Position numbers and translations under genes: made by a program
Source of the DNA: Podarcis bocagei
Lineage: Eukaryota
DNA: 64,000 nucleotides
NCBI GenBank assembly: GCA_964188305.1
Contig: OZ076890.1
Reading direction: 5' to 3' (one strand)
Shown: piece after piece, positions 14,401 to 26,400 of the stretch
Position numbering within the stretch: position 1 is the stretch's first letter
Layout of the letters: every line of letters starts with the position of its first letter
Notes under the pieces: generated by a model
The model's input: only the letters and a program-made list of their open reading frames with translations
What the model was told of the DNA's origin: nothing
Database searches by the model: none

Positions 14401-17400
14401 TCTTGTTTATCACTAGTACTTGCTGGCCAGCTGAAAAAGAAAGGTATGACGGGTTTGAACTGAAGATACACACAAATCTGTTCCTCTTATTTCTTGACTA
14501 TTGCATGCTCTTCAAATTAATGCTTATTCCTGCTGCAGATTCTATTATCCTAAATCTCCCTCATCTACAAAATATTCACTACTGCTGTGGCAATCTTTAC
14601 CCAAACCTGAGAACTCAGAAAGAGATATTGATATTCACCAGCACATTTTTGCGGCAATCAGGTATTAGCTGGGCGCTGGTGCTTCTTCTTCAGACACTTA
14701 GGAACCAGCAATGAAAGGCTCCCAGGCAACTATGATCATATTTTGTCTCACTGCCTTTGAAGTTACATGAACGGTTTGTTTGTTTTTAAAGAAACCATTT
14801 TATTTCTTTGGGTTTTTTAAAGTTTGTAGTATGAGAAAAGCAAGGTTTTTCCTGACAAACAAGCTTGTTTGATGTATAGGTCTTGGCTACAATGTGTAAT
14901 AATATAATGTTACTCAAATTATATATACATAAAAATTGCTACCACAGAAATGAAGCAGAATCTTAAACTGGTTCTGTGAGATGACTGGTGCTCCAGAACC
15001 TTGGAATTTTAAGAGAGAGAATTCTTCCTGCCACAAATAGGTGGATCTGAATTCCATCCTGATGTACTCTTACATGCACAGGAGAAAATATTTTCAATAA
15101 AGCAATTCATTACCTGTGGCAGGCTAGTAATAATTTTGTTAGTATGAACTTTTGTAAGTGTATTTGCTATGATGCTGAATTAACTTCATAATGCTACCAA
15201 TATGCCATAAACAACTAAGATATTATAGGTGGCTCAAATGTTTTGCAGACTTAACTGCAAGACTACTTTAAACCATGTGGATTATTCACCTTTACAGTTA
15301 TAAAGGAGAAAGAAAGGAAAATTGAACCCCAATGAAACCGTACGTTGAACTGAAGTCTGCCCAGTTGTTGGCAGTTGTACTTGAATCTGTAGGAACAGGC
15401 GGTGCCAGTGGTGTTGTGGGGGTTTCACGCAATGAAACTTTAGGTGCAGCTCCAGCATCAGTTACCGGCTTTACAGAATTTGTAATTTCATTTTCAGAAA
15501 TTCTCTCTGCATAGTTTGCAGGAAACCATCCTGTTTTCCCTTTCAGTTCACCTCCAAGCCACCCAGGCTCTCCAGTTTGGCTTTCATCCACCTGTACAAA
15601 TGAACCATATATTATATAAGATACAATACACAATTAATAAATTTTCTCCAAAAAGCATGGCACCTGAAAGTTAAGGAACAGTGTTATTGCTGCATGTACT
15701 AACTATTCCATGACGTTACAGCTACTTAAAAACAACAACCCCAAAGTACATTTGTAGTGATTATGGCTTTGATAAAATCCAAATGTGAAATTAAAGCAGA
15801 TATTTTGCAAAAACTGCTGTTGTCTCAAAATAACCAGTTGCAATAAATCGATTACAGACTGCAAAATTTTTGCAGCAATGTAATCTAAATCTTTCTAGAT
15901 TTCCCAAAGGGTAGGAGACACAGTGAGTTGGAACAACTGTAATTGTACTGATATCTATAGATTGATTTTTTTAATGTTTTATGTTGTAAGCCAACTTCAT
16001 ATATTTTATGAAACTGCAGATCATAAGTACTTAAAAATGCTTCAATGAAGGTAGGAAAACACAAAGAGGTTCATTCTGGGACAGTCACATCCCTCCCTCA
16101 GTTTGATTTCCTGCCTTTGACAACAAGGTGGAGCAATAGCTCATGCTGAAGACCTTTATGATCATTGGGGAAGCCTGCATTATGGGCTGCGCTACTAAGA
16201 CTGTGGGCAGGAAGGAACCTGCTCTGGAATAAATCTCTCCCCAGTTTGGGGACGAATGAGCCTTCAGATCCAAGCCCTTTTCCCTCCCCAACACACTCCC
16301 TTTTTGGCCCTACTAATGGAGCACCAACTTCATTCAGGCTAGGGCGGTGACAGTGTTCCATTTCCATTGTCAGTTCTATTTCCTCTAGGCTAAGTACACT
16401 ACTTTAAGACACCACTCCATCTTAATTTGACCTTTCAGCCTCTAGGACGTTACACTTTCACAACATGTTATCTATCATTAGGATAGATACAACATGTGTG
16501 TTTTTGTGTAACACTATATTCTTCTCTTACCATGATTATGTCTCCTGGCTGGATAGTGATTTCATCATGACTTCGGGATTCAAATGGATAAAGTGCTCGA
16601 TAATAGACTATTTTTACATCTTCCGGAGCAGAAATTGTTAATGGAGCCTTTTCTATACACACAAAAGCAAAAGCATAACAAGGTTTATTATATAGAAAAA
16701 AGGGCATTTTGCTTGCACAAATGCTACACTATTTTTCATTATACTCCTGCTGAACAGAATGTTATCTTCATTTTACAAAGGAGAAACAAAGGAAAGTCAA
16801 TCACATTTGAATTTAAAAACATTTGAAACTAAGTCAGAATCTAATCTGTATGTGATTTTTTTTTACTCTGCTGCATCTAAAGAATTGAGGATGCATTGCA
16901 ACAAACTCATAACTGAAGTGTAATAGCCCTTACGGCATATATACTAAAGGCCTTTGTAAATTGCACACCCATGCATACAATAAAAAGTATATTCATAGGA
17001 TACATAAAATCTATCAAAAATATAATGCCTGTTTTGGGAAAACATGTTCAAAGCATTATTAAAGATAAAGTTAACTAAGCATAAAGAGAAAGCTAACCTC
17101 TGGAACACCAAGCACTCCCACTCTTTACTTACACTAGGAGGGAGGGAGTGTGTGGCTGCCATCATTGATGCTGAGGGGAGCACTATAAAAGGGGTATAAA
17201 TTTATCACTCGTGTGGAGAAAGTCATGAGACAAGTCTCTCTCTTTTTCATAATGCTATAACCATGGCTATTCCACAACCCCAAGGTGTGGGGGATTCAGG
17301 ACAGACAAAAGGAAGTACTTCTACACAGAACACTGCTGAACTATGGATTTTGCTCCAACAAGATGGAGTAATGGCCACCAACCTGGATGGCTTTAAAAGA

Positions 17401-20400
17401 GGGTCAAGGATGGAGAATAAGGCTATCAATAGATAATAGCCATGATGGCTATTATTACTTTAGTATCAGAAGCCCTATGCCTCTAAATACCAGTTGCTGG
17501 GAAAGAGGGGAGCCAATTTGGGCCCCAGGTTATGGGTGCCCAGTGTGTGTGACATCATGACATCATGCCGCCCGCCCACCTGGCCTTGGAACCTGACTTC
17601 TGGTGCCACCGAAAGTTGGGTTCCAAGGTCCTGCAAGCCCTTGGACAGCATCTCTGACGTCTCAGGAGGCCTCTGACATGACTTTGCCGCGTTCGCAAGC
17701 CGAAAAGACGCAACATGAACCAAACGCAACACAGGGTATGACTGTACATTTTTCTCAGAGGTCCAAGAATGGAAACAATGTGCCCTGGTATCATCTAACA
17801 TTGACTTCTCCCAGTGATGGAGAATCTTTATGGAACTTACATTCCAAGTAATGCCATTTACCTATCCTGCAGGTCTATATTCGTTTGGGATGGGAGGGAT
17901 GAATAGATTTTCACCACCAGAGGCAAACTCTGAACCCAGTAACTAGAATGTATTTTAAGTTCTGTTCTAGTTTGGGTTTAGAGACTTTCAGGTAATGGTG
18001 CAGATTCATTTGGAACTGGGTTAAATAAAATACAGATTCAGACTTGCTTCTGTTTTGGATTAAGTTTTCCTCCCTGACCAAATTTGAATATTCTATTTTA
18101 AAAAGATACACATCTGTACATAATAATATGACGGGAATAAGACTTCTCATGTACATAACAGGATTCCCCATTGATTTGTACCTGCAGTTGACCAGGGAGC
18201 TTGGAGAGCTGGTTTTGTTGCATCTTTAAATGGATGAAAAAGTTTATCTAATTTTTCTTGCACTTCTTGTTTGCTCTTCTCATCGTTCTCCTTCTTTTTG
18301 CTTAATTCTTCCCATTTTTGCTTTTCTTCTTCTTGAATTTTTCTTGGCCGTGGGAGTTCTTCCTCCTGTTGTATTCTGTCTAGCCACTGTCTCTCTCGGG
18401 TTCTTCTAATTGGTGCAGAAGAATAAAACAGGCATGATATAGGCACGTTGCCTGAATAGCTCAGTGGGAGAGATCCAATGTAGTGTGAGTGGGTGTTTCT
18501 TCATGTAATGTTGCTTCTTTTCCCTGCCCCTCCCTGCAGCCCCTTGCACACCCAAAATCTGCTCTTGAGGATTGGGAGTATCTGCAGAACAGATGTTGGG
18601 GGTGCATGGAGGGTGGGAGGGAGAAGAAGAGAAACGTGAATTCCTGTAGTTTATGTGGACATCTGTTGATTTACAGGCGTATCATATTATATTGTTAAAA
18701 TTGCTATAACCTTCCCTGGAACCTTATGGTAAATAATGGATAATAAAATTATTTTTATTTATTTCATAAAATATATACACCACTTGACTGAGAGAAAAAA
18801 CATCTCAAAGTGGTTTACAAAAAGAAAATCAAGAAAAATTTACACCCCTACTTTAAAACATAAAAAACTTAAAATATTAAGAGATTAAAATTACTTCAAA
18901 TTTCTAAGCATCAGGGTAGGCTTGTCTAAACAAGAATAGAGTGAAACTGCCTGCTTGATCTCAATAGGCAGGAAGTTCCCAAATGTAGGCGGTGCCACAC
19001 TAAACAATCAAGTTATTACAAAAGCACAACAGGCACCTCTAGTATTAATAACAACAACAATTCTGTTTTCTGTAGGGCTGAGGCCTCTGCGTTCCTTACA
19101 TGAAACTCCCTTGCTCACCCAAATCAAGTAACACTGAGCAGCCTGTACACAGTTCAGTTCTGGGCAGGGATTAGTTGCACATGCTAGTTCTCCATGGGCA
19201 GAACTGAACTGTGCAGCCATACTAAGGACTGAATCTCCATCCATCAACTGATAGGTTGAAGATTCACACCTGCTTTCTACAGGGATCAACTGTGTGTGCC
19301 AGGGAACTAGCATATGTGGTGAAGCCAAACAGGACTGGATCCCAACCAATCCGGTGACATCACCTGACAGGTTGGTGTGATTCACAGAAAATGGCCTTGT
19401 GTGTCAAATCAGAAACCCTGCCAGGCCAAGACTGGACCAGAGGTTCTCTACACCCTACTCAGCCTTTCCTATATTTGTAGGCAATGTGTTCTTCTCTAGA
19501 ATGCCAAATATCTTGATGCACAAAGTTCTGTTCGTATCCTTTTCATAGAAAATGTGAAAAGTACATTTTAAATAAATTTTACTCACCTCTGACTATCTTT
19601 TTGATTTTCCAGTTCTGATTTCCTTTCTTGCTCCTTCTGCTTTAGCCTGTCAGCTTCAATGTTCTTTTGCTTCTGCAGCTGCTGCTTGTTATGTATCTCC
19701 CTCAGCTCCTGCAACAGGGGGTGGCATGTTTTTCAGCATAAAGAACAAACGTTCATGTTTTGAACAGCCAAATGAACTAGTATTAGGAATATTGTTAAAC
19801 GTTACTTTGGTACCCAGGACTGGTTACAACATGGTTGCTAGTTAAAGTTGGCTGTTCTTATTGATTTTAATTTTAAAATTTCTACCCTATTTCTCCGAAG
19901 AGACTCAAGATGGCTAGTGAACAGTAACAGAAACCTCAGAAACCCCTTAAAAACCCCCAATATACCTTGATTTTTAAAAACAAGATCCAGTCCATTTAAC
20001 AAACAGATATCTGATCTGGTCTGCATAACAGACACCTGAGTGGATGAGCCATGCCTGCCTGGGTTCTTGGTACACCACCTGTCTAAGCTGTGTGTGTGTA
20101 TGACAATCATCCATTAAAAGTGTGTCTTCCACACCAGGAGACCAATCCACATTGTGAGGGGCAGTTTCTGGTACTGGGTCAAAGGGACACAACAGTGGTG
20201 TTGTTAGTGTACTGCCCACCGCAATGAACTTTCCCCAACCAAACTGGTGGAAGGAGACATGGATGTGTTAGAGGACTTCAACATTCATGCTAAGGCTGCT
20301 TCAAATGGGTCAACTCATTGCCTATCCCAGTACAATGGCCCAATCCATGTGCTTAGAGACACCCTCAACTTGGTTCCCCCCAGCAAGTCAGCAGTACTTT

Positions 20401-23400
20401 GTTGATTGTGGAGTTTATTGTCATGGACAAATCATTCCCTGGTGAAGTTTGAATTAGGAGCAACTATCCCACTCCGCAAGGGTGGAGGACCCATTGAGAT
20501 GGTCCACTCATGGAGAATTATGAAATGGTTCCTGAATACTCTGGGGGATTTTCTGGCCGATATGGCTGGTACTTCTTCTGAGGGTATTGCTACGGAATTA
20601 AGACATGTATATGGTGATTGATATTATTGTTCCTGAGTGCCCTTGCCACTGTGGAGTTCACAGGTCACCTTGGTACTGTAGTGACCTGCATGTAATGAAG
20701 CAGGACAGTCAAAGGCTAGAGTGGTGTACATCCCAATCTGAACTTGAAGAAACATGGACGAGAGCGTTTTAACATACCTACCATGGGGTGGTAGGCATGA
20801 TAAAGGGCTTTCTTTGTGGCAGCTTCAAAAATGTGGAACTCCTGTTTTATCAAGGTGCATCTTGCATCATCATTCTTGAGTTTTCATTGTCAGCTGAAGA
20901 CATAGCTATCAAAGTATTTTTTGTGACCTACGTAAAAACTTGTTAATATGTGAATATTTTTGCTTTTGTGTTTAATTTAAATTTGTATTACTTCACTTAT
21001 GCTCTTGTAACCAACCCTGTTGTGGAATATTGATCCAAATTTACATCCCTTTAATAATTTCCTGAGTCTGCTGTCCCAAGCCTGAAGTTTTTAATTAGCA
21101 TATTAGAAAGGCTTGCAAGGAACAAGAGTTCGCATGAGTACACAAGCTCTAGTACAATCAGTACACAAGGTTTGTAATCAAATTTTGCTGCTAAAGGGGA
21201 TATCCTGTGGCCTCCAGAAACACTATTGCCCCAGCTATGAGGAAGGAAGTTATTTGATGAGAAACTGGGACATTCTTGGAATACTACTGAACCTGGAAGC
21301 TGTCACTGAAAGGAAAGATACCTCTCAAACTTTGGATTCTGAATGCAAAGTTTAATTGGTCAACACCCAATGTGTACATTGCTTACTCAAGAGAGTGCTA
21401 ACAGTAAAGCAGAGTATTTACTAATCACTTGGCTCAAATGTGGTGCTTATGGAAGCTCATATATGTAATTTAAATATATAGTCTGAAAGCTAATTTGGGT
21501 ACAGGGATATAAGTTGGTGACAGTAATATGGGACACATTTCATGCTCCAAGTCAAATTAGGGGATACCTTCAAAGAATAAGTGGCTTAGATTTCAAAGGC
21601 TCTCGGTGCCTTGAAACTTCCATTGACTTTTTTATTGGGCTGGCAGAGACAGTGTCTGGGGTACAGTAGTGCTGGGTGACTTCAATTCATACAGAGGCTG
21701 CTGCTGGGCAGGCTCAAGACTTCATGGCCTCCATAACCATGTGAATCTTAATGTCTGCTTGTGATGACCATTTGAATCTCAATGAACATTTGAATCTTAT
21801 GTCTGGTTATGATGGCCACAACAGCAAGCCATACGTAATGCTGGAATCACTGTAACCTCAACAGTAACAGGTTACGTTCTTAAATAGTAAAGGAGATAGC
21901 CATTTGCTAATTGCTAATTATTCAACCGATCTATTGTGTCTTAACTGAATGTCTTGTTAATAGCAAGCACTTAAGGTGAGCTCTAATATTTCTGGATGTT
22001 ATTTAAGAACGAACTAGATTACTGGTGAGCGATTTATGTTGAAAACTTAAGTAATCTCTAAAAATCATTAATTAGATGAGTTGTTTGGTGGGTTATGAAA
22101 TCTCACATCAAAAGTAAAGTCCTAACCTTGTCTGCAATGCTTTGGCCAGAAAGCAGCTTACAATAATGAAAGGAAAGGGTCCAATTAGCTTTAAGAGAAA
22201 CCACAGAATTCATAGGATGAGAGGAAAAAAGCTTTCACTAATGCCTAAGGATATCAGTTTACTGTATGGCTATGATTATGCTACAAGTAATGGATTTGTG
22301 CTTTTAGCATCACATTCACCATCTCTCTTTTATTCAGAGCAATTTTCATTTTAGAAAGGGTGAAATGAAGGGCAAGGATAAGGAGGAACTTGATCTTTTT
22401 TCAATGCTCTCTATCTGCACAATCAACTCATCCTTTCTTTTGCCTTACAATTATTTCATTTTTAGTACAGAAAAGAGCATCTAACCTACTAAGAAGGTAA
22501 GTGCTATGTGTCTGTTGATATAAAAATGGATTTACAAGCTTAAATCAAATATTATCACAATTTATTCTGTGTAAGAGTAAAGCAAGTAAAGTTCTGTAAT
22601 TTAGACATCTGACTTTCATGGTAATTCTATTTAATGTTTTGCCTGCCTTTTAGGCAAAGCGCTCACAATGTTTTTTGAATGGCCAAGGATACCTTGTAGC
22701 CATAGCAGTGGTAGGGCATGGCTGTCGCTCAGTAGTAGTGCATCTGCTTTGCATACAGAAGATCTTGGGTTCAATCCCTAACCTCTCTAGGGCTGTCAGT
22801 CAGTGAAGACAGTACTAAGCTAGATGGGCCAATGGTCTGGCTCAGTATAAGGCGGCTTCCTAAAGTCCTAAATTCTTGGGCTTTCTGGATTTACTCAGAA
22901 AATGTCACAGCTTAGACATGGTTACCTTTAGCTGATTATTGAAGATATCTATCTCTTGAAGTTTTGATCTTGTTTCTTTTTCTACTTCATCCAGCTGATC
23001 ACGAAGCTGCTGGTGTGCTAACTCCTTTGCTTCTAAGGCTCTTTTGACAGTGAGAAGTGAGTCTCCTGTTTTTAAAAACATTGACAAACAAAGATACTTT
23101 CTTACAAATATGCAGATCACACAGCTTGGCAATTTTCAAGGCAAAAAAAAAAAAAAAGGTTAGCAATAAATGTATGTTTCAAACATAGAACTGTGTTTTA
23201 ATTATACTTACTGTGCAAACTGTTTTGTTGAACCTGCTTCAGCTGATCATTGAGTAATTGCTTTTCTGGAATCAACCTTCCAAGCATCTGTTGAGACTCC
23301 TACAAAAATAAAAAAACAGCAAAAAATAATCAATTTCAGCTTCAACTAAAATACCGTGTTGTTAATTGCTCGACTGTACTATGGCAAAACTCAGCACCTA

Positions 23401-26400
23401 CTACTGTCAATAAAACCAGATCTGGGCGAGTTATATGTTAATATCCAAAGCAATGTCCTCACATGTCACAACCTCATCTCCCAGAGAGGTTCTGTCACTC
23501 TTTTTAAAAGGTTTTTTCTTTTCATATTTTAGAAAATGCTACAAACGAATAGTTTTAAAAAACCCCATTCACATCATGCTTTTTGAATGGGAAAAAGTAG
23601 ACAACCACTTGAAAATTGATTGTAGGGAGGGGAGAAAGACAGATGAATATGATCAACTCCAAAGCACTAATATCAAGATGTTGCGAAGGTGAGGAAAAGG
23701 TGAGGTTATGGAATCTATATAAAACTACACAAGCACCATTTATTGCTGAAATGTACAGTGGCTTTCGACAATGGTTTCATTCAGATGTAATAATAAAATG
23801 ATGGTTTCTTGTTGCATGAATGAGTCTTGGACACATCAGCTCCCCTCTCTTCCTCCAGCACTGCTGCAAGGAAGAAATTAGAAGCTTTTAATTTCATTTT
23901 TAATGAACCACAGGTGAGCAATGACATGTGGTCATATGATATGTGGTTAGCCTTAACTATGGTTACTGAAACAAGGCCACTTGATCAGGAAGCTGCCTTA
24001 TTTAAGTAAACCTCAGATAGGATTAACCACAGTTTAGGGTTTAGATGGAACACTGAACTTTGGTTACTTGAAAACAGAAGTGAAAGCTTCTGATCTCTGC
24101 CCTGCAGCCAGGAGTGTTTGAACTGAAGACCTGCTCATGTAACCACCACTTGATTCCTACCTATCATACTAATCAACATTAAAAACTGGTGTTCAAGGCG
24201 TACTATTTATTTTTAGCTAGACGGGGGGGGGGGGGTAAGAGAGAAGAGAGCCAGTGTTCAAAAATAAGCAATTTTTCATAGGTCTACAAGGATAAGCTGA
24301 GCAACTGGTCAAAGTATTGTTAACTACAATGTCCTCTATGGGGGCTTACTTTATTCCTGGTCCAGTTAGTACGGAATGCACAACTGATGAGAGCCGTTTG
24401 CAAATCAAGCTCTGAAGCACTCCCCCACCTCTGTTAAGCATCAGTGCAGTATTGCTTAAAGGAGGGTAGGAGGCACTTCAGAGATCGGCAAACTGCTCTC
24501 TGAAATGCCTCACACCCTCCTTTAAAAGGCACTGGCGGGCGCTGTGAGGGAAGGAGGGGTTTGGGCCAAGCTATGAGGGGGAGTGAAGGTTCGGAGACAT
24601 GTGAGGGTACAGAGGAGGAGGTGGATGAGGTGTAAAGAGAGGGGGGTCTGCTTGGGTGTAACGGAAGGAGAGGTTGGCAGGTGTGTGAGGAAAGGCATTG
24701 GCAAAGGGGTTGCCTGCTAGGTTGAGTTGCTGAGCAGAGTGAGCAGGGATGGCAGCCCCTTATTCCTTATATTTTGAGATTTTTGTTAGGTTAACTTGTT
24801 TTACTGATCCGGCTTCTGAATTTTTAAAAAATGCTCATTTTATATTCTATGTAACTGCTTAGACGTTATAGATGATGAAGCAGTATTAATCCTCTTGTGT
24901 GAATTAATAAAATAAAAATCAAAATTTAGTGTAATGTACACAAGCAGAAATGAGCTACAGCGCCTCTTGGATTTGTGTGCTGCCTACTTCTCCTTCTCCT
25001 GCACAGCCAATGAGTGGCTCAAAAGATATCACTTCCACATTTAGTAAAGCACAGCTTTACCTAGAACAGTGGTTAAGATTATCTGTGGTTAGTTTAAAAC
25101 AAGCTAACTTCAGAAAACAGAGTTTTAATTTTGTTTGTTTAAAACTAAGTATTATTACAGTGGTACCTCTGGTTGCGGATGGGATCCATTCCAGAGCGCC
25201 AGTTGGATCCCGAGGTTTCCGCAACCGGAAGGACCGCTTCTGCGCATGCGGCAAAACCCCCCAAAATACTTCCAGGTTTGCCACATTCGCATCCTGAAGG
25301 ATACACAACCGGAGGTGTGTGTATCCAGAGGTACCACTGTAATGTTAACCACAATGTGTTGCTCCAAATAGCACAATAAAACGCAGTTAACCAAAAAGCA
25401 GAAGCAGAAGCTTGCAAACGTCTCCTCTTGGCTGTATGGTGGCAGGGAATCCAAAGCTCACAGTGCTTGCTTATGTATGATGCAATAAACTATGGTTTAG
25501 CGGTGCACCAATATGATAAATGGCACAAGAAGTATGTAACAAAAATTAAACATGTTCTTTTCTGTTATAATAAAATTTGACAACTACTAGTTTCAACCTT
25601 ATTGCATTATGCTCTATTTTGTTTCATCAACAGCAGAACAGACAGGGTATAGTAACTAAATATTTTCAGTAACTGCATACTCACTTGTAACTGCTGCTGC
25701 AAATGTGTTATTTCTGCAATTCTTAGCTCTCTAGATTTGTTTGTGCTCTCAATTTCTTGTCTTTGAGTAGACAATCTGCATCGGATATCCTGAAGTTTGC
25801 CCTCCAGTTGATGTTTTTTATCATTCTTCAACAAGAAAATAAAGAATTGGTTTAATCAAAATTTAAATTAGAATGCCATATTTGCTGCAAATACTTCTAG
25901 GCTGGTCTGTAAGTCGAAGAAGAAAAACAATCATTATGGAAATGACTCAGGTTTGTATGGTTGTTTCAAATCATTAGTTATATCCAAGGTGAAATACATT
26001 ACTTTGAAAGATTCTGGCCAGTATTTCTCACTTACTAGAGCTTCTAATTCAAACTCCAATGTTTTTTTCTTAGCTTTCAGAACAACTATATCTTCTTGCT
26101 CTTTGTTCCTTTGATTCAGGAGCTCTTGCCGCCGATTGCGTTCCCACTCAAGTTGCCTTTGTCTTTCAAGTTCCCTTTTTGCAGCCTATAGAAGATTAAA
26201 ATTATGTACACATAATTTGTAGACTTTCGTAATCTGTGCCACATTACAAGCCATTCAAATGCAAACTTTACAATTTAGCAGATGTACCGCTTCCTGTCAT
26301 CCCTCTATGTGTAACAAGACTGAATGGATTCTGGGCTTCTACACATTCTCTAAGTTCTCCCTTTCCCACCATGTACAAAGTATCATCTAAACCAGGAGAT

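Noticed and set aside
21100-21620. Possible endogenous viral or retrocopy fragment
   Set aside because: Short open frames but no motif I can recognise; a BLASTx search would be needed
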